Under the pieces are notes generated by a model. It was not told the origin of the DNA and made no database searches. It worked only from the letters and a program-made list of their open reading frames with translations. From assembly GCA_903856085.1 (NCBI GenBank), contig CAIOAT010000029.1, positions 3,507 through 67,506 of the forward strand: DNA of 64,000 nucleotides. The letters run 5' to 3'. This document shows, in pieces, positions 1 to 10,128 of the stretch. A program made the translations under genes and the position numbers. The number at the start of each line of letters is the position of its first letter. Position 1 is the stretch's first letter. This DNA comes from Candidatus Omnitrophota bacterium. GTDB lineage: Bacteria; Omnitrophota; Omnitrophia; Omnitrophales; Aquincolibacteriaceae.

Positions 1-418
1 CCCGGACAATAAGATCGTAGGCCTCATTCTCGCCCCGCAGGACTCTGTGATCGTTCGTGATGTTTAAGACAGATAATCCCTTCGGATCCACCTCTTCCAG
101 CCTCTTTACTTTAACCGGCTGCCGAGCATTATCTATTTTTAAAAAGATACCCTTTAGATTTATATACTTGCTCCAGGGAACATCGAGCCTTCTTCCAAAA
201 TTATGCCCAGGGCTTAGCATGGGCCGGGAAACCAGAAGGGTCCTGCGCAGAAAGAAGGCCTCCTGGGCGTGCAATCCGAGCGCCCATTTCAAATGGTTCA
301 TCCCGAACATGTTGGTCGCTTTCACATATAAATATTTTTCGCAACCGCTTTCAGGCAACTTTTGCGCGGCTCGAAAATCTTCGGGGGAATATGCGCCGTC
401 TTTTGCATCAGAATTCAT
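1..418 (-). CDS. O-fucosyltransferase-like (GT-B) protein, N-terminal part; runs off the window edge
   Basis: Not in the ORF track. ATG at 418 and open to base 1: MNSDAKDGAYSPEDF...KYLYVKATNMFGMNHLKWALGLHAQEAFFLRRTLLVSRPMLSPGHNFG...PWSKYINL. Resembles the G-x-N-H...EA..L.RT....HN signature of O-FucT-like proteins. Confidence 0.55.
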   Translation of the reverse strand, partial: MNSDAKDGAYSPEDFRAAQKLPESGCEKYLYVKATNMFGMNHLKWALGLHAQEAFFLRRTLLVSRPMLSPGHNFGRRLDVPWSKYINLKGIFLKIDNARQPVKVKRLEEVDPKGLSVLNITNDHRVLRGENEAYDLIVR

Positions 419-423
419 TTAGA

Positions 424-600
424 TTACCCCGCTTCGTCCCAATCACCCCAGCCTCGTTTCTTTCTGGCACGATAAAGAAAGTAATAGCCTCAACGCCTGC
501 TCCATCTGTCTTAATACCGCCTCGCTCAAGATCAGGATAATGATCCAGATGTTGCTGCCGAACATTCCCGGCCAAGACGCAGCGAACAACTCTTCGTAGA
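424..600 (-). pseudogene. Frameshifted remnant of the 'YPDL..GI.T...A..HY...G..EGR' repeat domain
   Basis: Across shifting frames it reads RQQHLDHYPDLERGGIKT / EQALR / YYFLYRARKKRGWG. Nucleotides 491-580 align visibly with 1502-1590. Confidence 0.7.
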
Positions 601-607
601 AAAACCG

Positions 608-1345
608 TTATAGCGCTACAACCGACAGATATCTTTCGACATAATGAAGGCGTTCGGGAAACTCGCTTTTAATATATTCTCTCCAACCCGGAAGAACTTT
701 TGGATCGCATTGGCGCTTGTGAAAGTGGGGATCTTCCCCGCTCACCGAACCTGACCATTCACGCCCGCGGGCCGTTCTGCTTAGTTGAACAAGGCTGTCA
801 TATTGTCGCATAAACAAACCGACTCTTCTCAGCGAGATCCCCAGAAACTTTAAAAGCCTTTCGATCTCGTCTTGGGGAGTCGCCAGCAGGTCTTCGTAAT
901 AAACAAGGTGCTTCTTGCCCCCGTAATCATGAAATTTCTGAACCAATAACATGTAATGGTTAAGATCCTGTTTAAGCACCTTTCCTTTATGCCTGGTGAT
1001 GCATTCGAAGGGATCCCTTAATATCAAGATCAACCGCACCGCCTGCCCCCGGCGCTTTACTTGAGAATCAAAATATTCGCAGTAATGGCCCTTTCTGAGG
1101 ATCGGCATTTTGAAAGCTGCGACATGGCTCAAGGGGTTTTTGGTCGAAGAGAACTGGTTCTTGTGGATCGGCGCATCTCTTAAATTACCCTTAACCCCCA
1201 GCGTGGGTCTCCCCGAAAACCATTCGACAATAAATCGGACCCAATGATTCCCGCTCCTGGGATAGGAAATGAGAAATGTCTCTGTGTGCTCATAAACCCA
1301 TTCGTTAAGAAGGCCCTTCAGTTTTGGCACAATACCGCTTATCAT
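608..1345 (-). CDS. PAPS-dependent sulfotransferase
   Basis: 5'-PSB motif SYPRSGNHW, 3'-PB motif LRDP, and YEDL...EI.RLL.FLG. Confidence 0.85.
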   Translation of the reverse strand: MISGIVPKLKGLLNEWVYEHTETFLISYPRSGNHWVRFIVEWFSGRPTLGVKGNLRDAPIHKNQFSSTKNPLSHVAAFKMPILRKGHYCEYFDSQVKRRGQAVRLILILRDPFECITRHKGKVLKQDLNHYMLLVQKFHDYGGKKHLVYYEDLLATPQDEIERLLKFLGISLRRVGLFMRQYDSLVQLSRTARGREWSGSVSGEDPHFHKRQCDPKVLPGWREYIKSEFPERLHYVERYLSVVAL

Positions 1346-1426
1346 AAACCCCTCTCAGACCTCCCGCTGCTTCCTTTGCCAGCGAAAAGGCCTTCCGACG
1401 AATAAAAGTCGCCCTTGCGCCAGAGC

Positions 1427-3622
1427 TCATCCGGATGACCGCTCTCCGTCCAAACTCCCCCAGACCCGTCCCTCTCGGGCGCCAGAAAAAAAATAATGCC
1501 TAAACGCCTGGTTCTGTGTCTGAATACCGCCGCGCACAAGATCGGGATAACGATCGATATACTGCTGCCAGGCATTTTCATCCAAGGCCCGGGGCATAAC
1601 AATCTGTGGGTAGGCCTCACTGAATTTTTCTTTGAGGTCCAGGATCAAAGCGCGTCGTTTTTTATCATCTTCGGCTCCCATTTCCCGGGAGGCAAATTCG
1701 ACGAGATGATAAAACGCTAGATTTAGTTTTGCTTTTTGGTTTGGATGTTGATTTATGCTTAAGGAAACCCCCCAAAAGAACAACTCCCGTAGTTCTGGAT
1801 ATTTCTTCAAGAAGGGACGCATTTGACGAAATATGTTCTTCACGGGATTCGTAACCAGAAGCATGCTTTTCTCCGTTTTACGGTAATAGACCAATTCCTT
1901 GGGGACCAGCTCGACCCTGTATCCTTGCAAAAGAAACGTATTGAAAAGTTCAATGTCCTCATGCCCAAGACCATGATCCTCCGTGAACCCTCCGGCTTTA
2001 AGAAGCGACGATTTTTTCACGAGACAATTCGCATCCCCGACAAAATTATGTAAAACTCCAAGGCTGACAGGACCTCCCAGGGGGGAGTGCATGTTCCCGA
2101 CAAATCGAATAACGTTCCTCGTGATGTCCTGGAAAAACTTTAGTTGACAGACGTAGGCATCCGCCTGCGTTCTCGCGGCCGCCTGCTGAAAATCCGCGAT
2201 GCAGGTATCGGCCATGACGTTGTCATCGTCCAAAAACAAAAGGTATGGATTTTGGCTGCGCCGGCTTTCATAGTTGCGGGCAGCACCGAGATAGCCGTGG
2301 GTTTTATAGAATATTTTCCACCGTCTTTTCTTGAACTCCGGCTCCAGAGATTTCAGATAAGCCAGCGAATCGGGTTCACAACTTCCATCGTCGCAGAGAA
2401 TGACCTCGAAGTTTTTTGGGGCCTGGCGGTATAAAGACTCCACGGCATCTTTTAACATGAGACCGCGATTATAGTGCGTCAGACAGACCGAAACGGCTGG
2501 CAATGACTTAACCTTCACTGAGGTCCGGACTGGCGTGTCGCGCAAAAGGTCCGCCCAGGAACTCCCCGACCCAATATCATGCTTGGTGTGCTGGAAAGCG
2601 ATCGTGTTGCGGGTCAGAATTTCTTTCAGAGCCATCTCCAATATCACGGGATTGTTCAGCGCCGTGAGACGCTTCCACCGATTCTTCCCCAAATGTTCCC
2701 AGTCGCTAAAGTGGGGTATTTTTTTTCGAACCAAGACCGCTTGCTCAAACGGAAATTCTGATGAGCGGTTGAGGCAAATGAGCACCCCCCCCTTTACGGA
2801 CGCCTGGCGTTTCGCGCAGGCTAAAAAGGTCGTTTGCTCCTTGACCAGGATCTCGCGAAACTTCTTCTTTTCTCTCAGAATTCTCACCATTCTTTGCAGC
2901 GACCGCGGTAGCGGGGCCGGTGCGCCAAACATCAGCCTTAACGAGAGGTTGTGCGTTAAATCGTCGTCCATCTGCCCAAGCACGGCCAGAATGGAAGAAA
3001 CGCCGTACGAATTATCATAATGCCCCCACACGCCAAGCTCAGACAGCTTCTCAGGGTTATTTTTATTTGACGGCAGAACCGGGCACTGCCCGGAGGGGTC
3101 GATAATGACGGGACGGCTCTTGCGTAAACCGACAGCCCCTGCAAACATGGGCGTTACAAGAAAATCGGCTTGCGCTCTTGAGCGTTCCTCCATAAACAAT
3201 GATGCGGCCTCATGAACCGAGGTTAAAAGGGTGCCCTCACCTTGAAATTCATCAATGCGATCGACCAGCCCCAACACGATGATCTGTGTATCCTGAAAAT
3301 GCAGCCCGACCCGTTTGGCCTGAATGGCGATATCCCCCAGTCCGGTCAGATCCGCAAAAATAAGATGCGAGTATTTGCGGGTTTTGAGAAACTCGAAAAC
3401 TGCATAACTTTTATCCTGGGCAAACGCAGAGTGAGGGGCCGGCGACACAAAGACTTGCTTAAGCTTGTCCCCGAACAGGCCCGGAGGGACTTCCCCGAAG
3501 GTGACCAAATCTATCTCATGCCCAAGGGATTGCAGGGAATTCGCGTACGCACAAAAAAGAAGACCCCTGCGGTGGCTCTCCCAACCCGTACCTTCAAAAG
3601 GACAAATGACCGCCAGCTTCAG
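1427..3622 (-). CDS. Multidomain glycosyltransferase (degenerate GT4-like N-terminus, GT2 domain, C-terminal YPDL repeat); probable CTG start
   Basis: GT2 motifs VSVCLTHYNR, DDGS, FLDDDN, EDIEL. The frame extends 38 codons upstream of the track start (3508) to a CTG at 3622, which has AAGGAG 5 nt upstream and gives MKLAVICPF...LGHEIDL. Confidence 0.8.
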   Translation of the reverse strand: MKLAVICPFEGTGWESHRRGLLFCAYANSLQSLGHEIDLVTFGEVPPGLFGDKLKQVFVSPAPHSAFAQDKSYAVFEFLKTRKYSHLIFADLTGLGDIAIQAKRVGLHFQDTQIIVLGLVDRIDEFQGEGTLLTSVHEAASLFMEERSRAQADFLVTPMFAGAVGLRKSRPVIIDPSGQCPVLPSNKNNPEKLSELGVWGHYDNSYGVSSILAVLGQMDDDLTHNLSLRLMFGAPAPLPRSLQRMVRILREKKKFREILVKEQTTFLACAKRQASVKGGVLICLNRSSEFPFEQAVLVRKKIPHFSDWEHLGKNRWKRLTALNNPVILEMALKEILTRNTIAFQHTKHDIGSGSSWADLLRDTPVRTSVKVKSLPAVSVCLTHYNRGLMLKDAVESLYRQAPKNFEVILCDDGSCEPDSLAYLKSLEPEFKKRRWKIFYKTHGYLGAARNYESRRSQNPYLLFLDDDNVMADTCIADFQQAAARTQADAYVCQLKFFQDITRNVIRFVGNMHSPLGGPVSLGVLHNFVGDANCLVKKSSLLKAGGFTEDHGLGHEDIELFNTFLLQGYRVELVPKELVYYRKTEKSMLLVTNPVKNIFRQMRPFLKKYPELRELFFWGVSLSINQHPNQKAKLNLAFYHLVEFASREMGAEDDKKRRALILDLKEKFSEAYPQIVMPRALDENAWQQYIDRYPDLVRGGIQTQNQAFRHYFFSGAREGRVWGSLDGERSSG

Positions 3623-3745
3623 AAATGCTCCTTCGTTCTTTTATGCCCGATCAGTGTATGAGGGAAAATCTCATGGCGCCCGATTCTAAAACTGTTCTTT
3701 CCCCGCCGAAGCACCTCCTGGGCGCCTCTTGCTAGAAGCGGCTGA

Positions 3746-4735
3746 TCAATAATTTATTCTCCGCCCTTCCTTTTTACCATGTGTTAAGTAATGCTTCCAG
3801 GCTTTTTCTCTCGTATTGATCCCTGCTTTTATCAGATCAGGATATTCCCTGACATAAAATTCCCAATCAAAATCCACCGTCGCCGAAGGTCTCTCTCCCT
3901 CCGCATTGCCTCCCTTTTTCATCCGAGGCGAAAAGAAAAAATTAATCCCCGGAAGACTCTTGAAGCAATGCCGCGCCCTTTGCCAAATCTGGTAACAGGG
4001 GTTTTCATGCCGAGAACAGTAAAGGCAAAAAAGCCAATAGGCAACGCGGTTCCGCTCAAGCCGGATGTATTCCCGAACCAAGGCTTCCTTTTGTTCATCG
4101 GACTGTTTTTGCAAAGCGGTCGTCATCCTGACCAAGCCATCCCTGGGGACAGAAAGAAAATCGAGCACGCGCCCTACCTCCCGCTCCCGGTCAGAAACAA
4201 GATCCTCAAAATAGACTTCGAGATAGTTCCGCCCGTCAGCTTTGAGAATTTTTTTCCAGTTGGCTTCCTCGCGCCTCAGCATGGTAATATCCCGAAAAAT
4301 ATCCTCTTTCTTGATAGAAGATGCCTTTTTCTTCGGAGCCCTGCCGCTGGTGTTCAGCCACTCTGTGGTTTCTTTGGCTCTTGCAAAAGAGACCGCCTGT
4401 CGAACTTTGTCCCGCCTCAGAACCAATATGATCCCCGCATTTTCGGAAAAAAAACGGAACGCCTCCTGGACTGACGTCAGACGACTGTCTGCACGTTTTG
4501 ACTGAACAAGTTCTTTGAGATGTCCATAGTGGACCTTGAAACCTAACGGTTTTTCTCTTGGAGATTGCAATGCCGCGAGCAGGGGGGCGGGCGAACGATT
4601 GTTCTGCAAAGGCTCGTAATGGCCAAGATCCGTTTGAAAAAGGGTGACGGCGCCAGTGCTCTCAAGCAGGCTGCATAATAGCGTGCTCCCCGTCCTGCCG
4701 GATGAGCAAACAATAAAACGATCGTATTTCTTCAT
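3746..4735 (-). CDS. Stf0-family sulfotransferase with C-terminal YPDL repeat
   Basis: SSGRTGSTLL, RRDKVRQAVS..RA, YFEDL; C-terminus FDWEFYVREYPDLIKAGINTREKAWKHYLTHGKKEGRR. Confidence 0.85.
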   Translation of the reverse strand: MKKYDRFIVCSSGRTGSTLLCSLLESTGAVTLFQTDLGHYEPLQNNRSPAPLLAALQSPREKPLGFKVHYGHLKELVQSKRADSRLTSVQEAFRFFSENAGIILVLRRDKVRQAVSFARAKETTEWLNTSGRAPKKKASSIKKEDIFRDITMLRREEANWKKILKADGRNYLEVYFEDLVSDREREVGRVLDFLSVPRDGLVRMTTALQKQSDEQKEALVREYIRLERNRVAYWLFCLYCSRHENPCYQIWQRARHCFKSLPGINFFFSPRMKKGGNAEGERPSATVDFDWEFYVREYPDLIKAGINTREKAWKHYLTHGKKEGRRINY

Positions 4736-4871
4736 ATCATCTATCCGGAATTCCTTTGAAATAAAAACATCGAATCGCTAATACAGCCCACTCCAAGATT
4801 CGTTGGCTCACAGGGATCTTCGGCAGCCCTTCCTTCGCCAGAATACTTCCAGGCGCCGTTTTGCTGCCGCC

Positions 4872-6800
4872 TCATCCCCGAATTAAAAAACCCTGCTCCC
4901 TCAAATGCCGGAGGATCCTCTCCGCTAAAAGATCCACGCTTTCTTCGCCCGTCTTGAGATGGATCGCAGGGACTTCGGGTGCCTCATAAGGAGCATTCAC
5001 GCCGGTAAACTCCGGGATCAATCCGGCCCTGGCCTTTTCGTAAAGTCCCTTGGGATCCCGTTTCTCACAGATCTCAATCGGCGCGTCGGTATAGATCTCA
5101 AGGAAACTGTCTTTTCCGATGATATTCCTCGCTTGCTCCCGGTCTTCCCGGTAGGGCGAAATAAAAGCCGTGATCACGAACACGCCCGCTTCGTTGAAAA
5201 GATGGGCAACCTCGGCAACGCGCCGGATATTCTCACTCCGGTCCCCAGGAGAAAACCCGAGGTCCCGGTTCAGGCCGTGACGGACATTGTCTCCGTCGAG
5301 GACATAACACAAATGACCTTCTGCCATGAGTCTTTTTTCGAGTTCAAACGCGATCGAAGATTTTCCCGAACCGCTCAGGCCCGTCAGCCATAGAGTGGCT
5401 GGCTTTTGCCGCAAGAGCTTTTCTCGGTCCTTGCTTGAGACCGTCCCCTCTTGCCGGTGGATGAAGGAACTTTTCACTTCTCCTTTTTCGTCCGGTTTTA
5501 CCATGGCCGGCAAACGTCCCCGCTCGATGATCATGCCTGCCGCCACCGTCCCATGCGTCATGGGATCGATCATAATAAAGCTCCCGGTTTGCCGGTTCTT
5601 CGTGTACTCGTCGCAGAAAATCTCCCGGTAAAGCTGCATGGTCACGCGTCCGATCTCATTGAGCTTTAATTTCGAAGTTTTTTCGCGACTCAAACTTTCC
5701 GGATTGATCCGGAAATGAAGGCGGGTAACCGTCCCTTTCACAAGCTGGGTCGTGTGCTTGATAAGGTAGAGTTTTCCGGGCTTCATGACTTCGTGATCCA
5801 TCCAGACAAGAATGGCATCGATCTCTCGGCGAATCCCGGGAAGATTGGCCGGATGAACGAGCATATCTCCGCGGGTGATATCGATCTCATCTTCCAGCGT
5901 CACCGTGACCGCCTGCGACGAAAACGCATAAGAAGTCTCGCCTTCTTCCGTCAGGATGGTTTTGACCTTGGTCTTCCGCTGCGAAGGAAGCACGAGGATG
6001 GGATCTCCCCTCCGAATGATGCCCGAGACCACACAACCGCAATAGCCGCGGAATTCCCTGTCGGGACGGAGCGCGTACTGGACCGGAAGCCTAAGATCGA
6101 TCAGATTTCGGTCGCTCAATATTCTGACGTTCTCAAGAAAATTCAAAAGCGAGGGGCCTTCGTACCACGGCATGCGCCCGCTTCGCTGAACCACATTGTC
6201 CCCCATAAGCGCACTGATCGGAATATAGGTCAGATCCGGCACACTGAGCTTTTCCACAAAGCTTTCTAGATCATCCTGAATCTTCCGGAAAACCTCTTCG
6301 GAATAATTCACAAGGTCCATTTTATTGATCGCGAAAACCATGTGACGGATGCCCAGGAGCGACGAAATAAATGTGTGCCGCCTGGACTGGACTAGGACCC
6401 CTTGCCGGGCGTCGATCAAAATAATGGCCAGATCGGCCGTTGAAGCTCCCGTCGCCATATTCCGCGTGTATTGCTCATGCCCCGGTGTGTCCGCAATAAT
6501 AAAATGCCTTTTGGGAGTTGAGAGATGGCGGTAGGCCACGTCGATCGTGATCCCCTGCTCTCGTTCGGCCTTCAGGCCGTCCATCACAAGCGACAGATCC
6601 AGTTCCTCGCGCTTGAATTTTTGGGAGTCTTTGCGAACCGCAGCAAGCTGGTCCTCATAAAGACCGTTCGCTTCATAGAGCAATCGTCCGATCAGGGTGG
6701 ATTTTCCGTCATCGACGCTGCCAGCGGTCGTAAATCGGAGAAGGTCCGCTTCCTGGTTCTGCTTGAGAAAGGTTTCGATGGCAGGCCGGTTCGCGTCCAT
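4872..6800 (-). CDS. cysNC: Bifunctional sulfate adenylyltransferase subunit 1 / adenylyl-sulfate kinase (CysN/CysC, NodQ-like)
   Basis: GSVDDGKST, REQGITID, DTPGH, NKMD; APS kinase motifs GLSGSGKS and LDGDNVR. Confidence 0.97.
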   Translation of the reverse strand: MDANRPAIETFLKQNQEADLLRFTTAGSVDDGKSTLIGRLLYEANGLYEDQLAAVRKDSQKFKREELDLSLVMDGLKAEREQGITIDVAYRHLSTPKRHFIIADTPGHEQYTRNMATGASTADLAIILIDARQGVLVQSRRHTFISSLLGIRHMVFAINKMDLVNYSEEVFRKIQDDLESFVEKLSVPDLTYIPISALMGDNVVQRSGRMPWYEGPSLLNFLENVRILSDRNLIDLRLPVQYALRPDREFRGYCGCVVSGIIRRGDPILVLPSQRKTKVKTILTEEGETSYAFSSQAVTVTLEDEIDITRGDMLVHPANLPGIRREIDAILVWMDHEVMKPGKLYLIKHTTQLVKGTVTRLHFRINPESLSREKTSKLKLNEIGRVTMQLYREIFCDEYTKNRQTGSFIMIDPMTHGTVAAGMIIERGRLPAMVKPDEKGEVKSSFIHRQEGTVSSKDREKLLRQKPATLWLTGLSGSGKSSIAFELEKRLMAEGHLCYVLDGDNVRHGLNRDLGFSPGDRSENIRRVAEVAHLFNEAGVFVITAFISPYREDREQARNIIGKDSFLEIYTDAPIEICEKRDPKGLYEKARAGLIPEFTGVNAPYEAPEVPAIHLKTGEESVDLLAERILRHLREQGFLIRG

Positions 6801-7705
6801 CAGAAATATCCCTCCCTTTTTTTCTTTTCCATGGAGGAGTCCTGGTCATGGTCGATCAAGCGCGTGATGCGTTCCGAATTCGTGACGGTCATAACCTCTT
6901 CAATGATCTCGGGAACGGTGGCCGCCTTGGAAAGCACGGCGCCGGTACAGGGATAACAGCCGAGCGTCCGGAACCGGCACATGATTTTTTGAGGCTTCTC
7001 ATCTTCTTTAAGGGGAATCGGGCCTTCGAGCGGAATAAGGCATCCCCCACGGACGATCATCTCGCGCTCCTTGGCGAAATACATAGGAACGACTGGTATT
7101 TTTTCAAGATGGATATAGTGCCAAACGTCGAGCTCGGACCAATTGGAAAGCGGAAACACGCGGATGCTTTCGTTTGGATTGATCAGGGTGTTGTAAAGAT
7201 TCCAAATCTCGGGGCGCTGGTTCTTGGGATCCCATTGACCGAATTCGTCGCGAAAAGAAAAGATGCGCTCCTTAGCTCTGGATTTTTCTTCGTCGCGCCG
7301 CGCCCCGCCGAATGCCGCATCATAACCGCCTTCTTTCAGGGCTCGCAGTAACGCCTGCGTCTTCAGAAGCGCGCAACATTTGACCGTGCCAAGCTCCCAA
7401 GGATTTGTCCCCCGGGACAGGGCTTCCCGAAACGAGTAAACCTTGAGCTCCGCGCCGATCTCTTTTGCGTAGCGGTCGCGAAATTCATACATTTCACGGA
7501 ATTTCATTCCGGTATCAACATGGAGGAGCGGGAACGGTATCTTGCCGGGATAAAAGGCTTTCTGCGCCAGGCGGACCATCACCGAGGAATCTTTGCCGAC
7601 AGAATAAAGCATCACAGGCTTTTCAAACGCGGCCATGACCTCGCGAATGATGTAAATGCTTTCGGCTTCGAGAAGTTTCAGCTTGCTAAGTCTATAGCTT
7701 TCCAC
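6800..7705 (-). CDS. cysD: Sulfate adenylyltransferase subunit 2
   Basis: [44 protein letters not shown]. Confidence 0.97.
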   Translation of the reverse strand: MESYRLSKLKLLEAESIYIIREVMAAFEKPVMLYSVGKDSSVMVRLAQKAFYPGKIPFPLLHVDTGMKFREMYEFRDRYAKEIGAELKVYSFREALSRGTNPWELGTVKCCALLKTQALLRALKEGGYDAAFGGARRDEEKSRAKERIFSFRDEFGQWDPKNQRPEIWNLYNTLINPNESIRVFPLSNWSELDVWHYIHLEKIPVVPMYFAKEREMIVRGGCLIPLEGPIPLKEDEKPQKIMCRFRTLGCYPCTGAVLSKAATVPEIIEEVMTVTNSERITRLIDHDQDSSMEKKKREGYF

Positions 7706-7842
7706 GATTCTTTTTTGTCCGCTTTCACTCCCGCCGACACAGCGACGAAGAGCTGGGGTCCATTAAAAGTTTTTCCGCGTTTGGGGGAAGGTGGTCAGAA
7801 CCGTCACGCTTTCTGCATTGTTTTTTTTCGAGATGCAAATTA

Positions 7843-7936
7843 TGGCGGAGGGGGGGGGATTTGAACCCCCGGTGACGCTTTCGCGCCACATCGGTTTAGC
7901 AAACCGACGCACTAAGCCGGGCTATGCGACCCCTCC
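7843..7936 (-). tRNA. tRNA-Ser(GCT)
   Basis: Acceptor stem GGAGGGG/CCCCTCC with G-CCA, anticodon stem TCGGT/ACCGA with loop TT-GCT-AA, long variable arm, T-loop TTCAAAT. Confidence 0.96.
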
Positions 7937-8323
7937 GCGAATCAACCCATAGACAGCAAACTACGGGCTTAAAACAGTAGACAAAAAATCGAAACTCTTG
8001 CGGCGGGACTACGCGCCGCTAAAAAAATCTCTGCCCTTTCATCGCCAAACCGAGACATAATATAACATGATAACGAGAAAGCAGAGATAAAATGGTTCGA
8101 ATTTTTGACCTTTTTGCCTGCCTTTTAGCCTCGCAACTTGTCGCAGTCCGTCCAAATTAAGCTATGGGCCTGGCCCGTGCGGTTCTCGTTTCATTTTCCG
8201 CGCCTGCTCATTACACGCAAAGATTCCGCTTTTTCCCGCTCCCGAAACAACACCTCTTTCGTCAAAATAGCCTCGCGAGGATAAAGACCTCCAGGACATT
8301 TCTTCTAAGCCGGTATCCCGCGC

Positions 8324-9130
8324 CTAAAGACTAAGCCGTTTAGTTAATAGCGGTACGAATCGCTGGATGGTCACATCGACCTCATCATTCCGATCGAGAT
8401 TTTTAAAGAACTGCTTCGGCCTGAGGGCTTTAACGGTTGCCCTTCCACGCAAACGCTTCCTTTCGCTTTCCTGAAGAGATTTCACAATATAGTGATTGAT
8501 GCGCAACTTCGCCGCCTTGGGCGACACCACGGCCCCGAATAAATTTTTCCGTGTCGGCGAAATAAAATTCTTGTCCTCATCGACAGGGCAGGCCTCCCCC
8601 TGATAGAAAAAAGCATGCGCATTGGCACATCCCAGAGCTGAGGATGTGTGAAGGATTGTTTTAATGTGGGAGTTAATCATGAATTCCAGCGGAGCTCGGC
8701 GGGTAAAGTTCTTGATCACAAGACCCCCGGGGTTCCTCGCATGGCCAGAGCTGCCGAAGATCAGCCAGTTGACAACGACGCCACAGAACGCCTCGTAGTC
8801 TCGCAAGACGTGGCAAAGACTATCCTGTTCGGTTCCAAAAAGAAATTCGTCTAAATCGATGAAAGCGATCCAGTGCGCTGCCGCGGAAAAATGTTTGAGA
8901 CAGTGGTTATAGGCCTGCACTTGGCCGGGGTGGATCGGCCAATCCACGAGCACCACTTCCCCCTTCTTCAGATAAGGACCCAATACTTCGCGGGTGTTGT
9001 CACGACTACCATTGTCATAAAGGTAAAAACGCCCAACACCGACGATCTTGTGAAACTCGATCCATTCCCGAAGATACGGCCCTTCATCCTTTATGGTGGC
9101 ACAAATTGCCAAGTAGTCGCGCTTTTCCAT
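8324..9130 (-). CDS. Glycosyltransferase family 92 / DUF23-like
   Basis: CATIKDEGPYLREWIEFH, YDNGS, FIDLDEF, RINHY..KS. Confidence 0.85.
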   Translation of the reverse strand: MEKRDYLAICATIKDEGPYLREWIEFHKIVGVGRFYLYDNGSRDNTREVLGPYLKKGEVVLVDWPIHPGQVQAYNHCLKHFSAAAHWIAFIDLDEFLFGTEQDSLCHVLRDYEAFCGVVVNWLIFGSSGHARNPGGLVIKNFTRRAPLEFMINSHIKTILHTSSALGCANAHAFFYQGEACPVDEDKNFISPTRKNLFGAVVSPKAAKLRINHYIVKSLQESERKRLRGRATVKALRPKQFFKNLDRNDEVDVTIQRFVPLLTKRLSL

Positions 9131-9150
9131 TCTCTTGTGCCCTTAGTCGG

Positions 9151-9369
9151 CTAAATTTTCGCCTCATGTAAGATTCTTTGCTTGGGATAACGCGCGATCG
9201 TTCTTTGCAAGCGCTGAAAGATCTCCGCAAGGGGTTCAATCAAGAGAACATTGAGATCATGACGCGCGTAGATATCAGCCTCTTGCCCGCGTTTGGCGCC
9301 ACCATGAATAGCGCCTCGGATGTCTGATAGAAAATTGTCCAGCCTTCCCCAAAAAAATCTCACCCCCAT
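9151..9369 (-). pseudogene. Truncated FkbM-family methyltransferase (N-terminal 72 aa only)
   Basis: RGAIHGGAKRGQEADIY...VLLIEPL.EIF..L is the FkbM SAM-binding start; the ORF ends long before a complete domain. Confidence 0.6.
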
Positions 9370-9393
9370 GAACCCATCACTCCTCGGTCAGCC

Positions 9394-10128
9394 TCACTGC
9401 CATTTTTTGAATTTTATTTTCCATGTGGCTATCGCCACCATTCTCATCAGTCGCAGGGAATGCCGCCATCGCTTGATCTGAGGAGCCCCATACGTCCTGC
9501 TTTTATACCGGACAGGGATCTCGGCGATTTTCAAACCCAACTTTGACGCGCCCATAAGAAGATCGAAATCACCCCATGGATCGGAATACCCGAAATACCC
9601 GCGCGATTGATGGATGCTTTGATAGTCAGAGCGGAACATGACTTTAACACCGCAAAGAACATCCGTAAAACGCTGGCCGAGCAACCAAGAAAGGAACAAC
9701 GCCGACAATTTGTTGCCGAAGAGATTCAAGAGCGGCATGGCGCCTTTTTCCATCGGCAGAACCAATCTGCTGCCGTTAATAAAATCCCCTTTGCCATCGC
9801 GCAAGGCTCTATAAAAAAGCTCTAGATCTTCGGGCATGACGGTCAGATCCGCGTCGAGAATCATCAGAATATCCCCGCTGGATTTGTCAAAACCCAGCCG
9901 CACAGCATCGTTTTTCCCCTCTCCGGTTTGGCGGAAAAGCTTGATGTCTTTGCCCGAATTCCCCCTGATCACGCGGGAACATTCCTCGTAGGTGCCATCG
10001 ACAGAATGCCCTTCCACAAATATCAGTTCCTGTCGCGTTCCGAACGAAGGAATATTTTTTACCGTTGTTTCGATGTTGCCTTTTTCATTCCGGCAGGGAA
10101 CAATAATCGAAACTGAACATTCCTCCAT
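9394..10128 (-). CDS. GT2 glycosyltransferase (DPM-synthase-like)
   Basis: SIIVPCRNE, GHSVDGT, ILDADL, GSRL, EIPVRY..R.YG. Confidence 0.9.
   Translation of the reverse strand: MEECSVSIIVPCRNEKGNIETTVKNIPSFGTRQELIFVEGHSVDGTYEECSRVIRGNSGKDIKLFRQTGEGKNDAVRLGFDKSSGDILMILDADLTVMPEDLELFYRALRDGKGDFINGSRLVLPMEKGAMPLLNLFGNKLSALFLSWLLGQRFTDVLCGVKVMFRSDYQSIHQSRGYFGYSDPWGDFDLLMGASKLGLKIAEIPVRYKSRTYGAPQIKRWRHSLRLMRMVAIATWKIKFKKWQ

Noticed and set aside
7848-7858. Poly-G run as a phase-variation tract or G-quadruplex
   Set aside because: It is the T-stem plus acceptor stem of tRNA-Ser(GCT).
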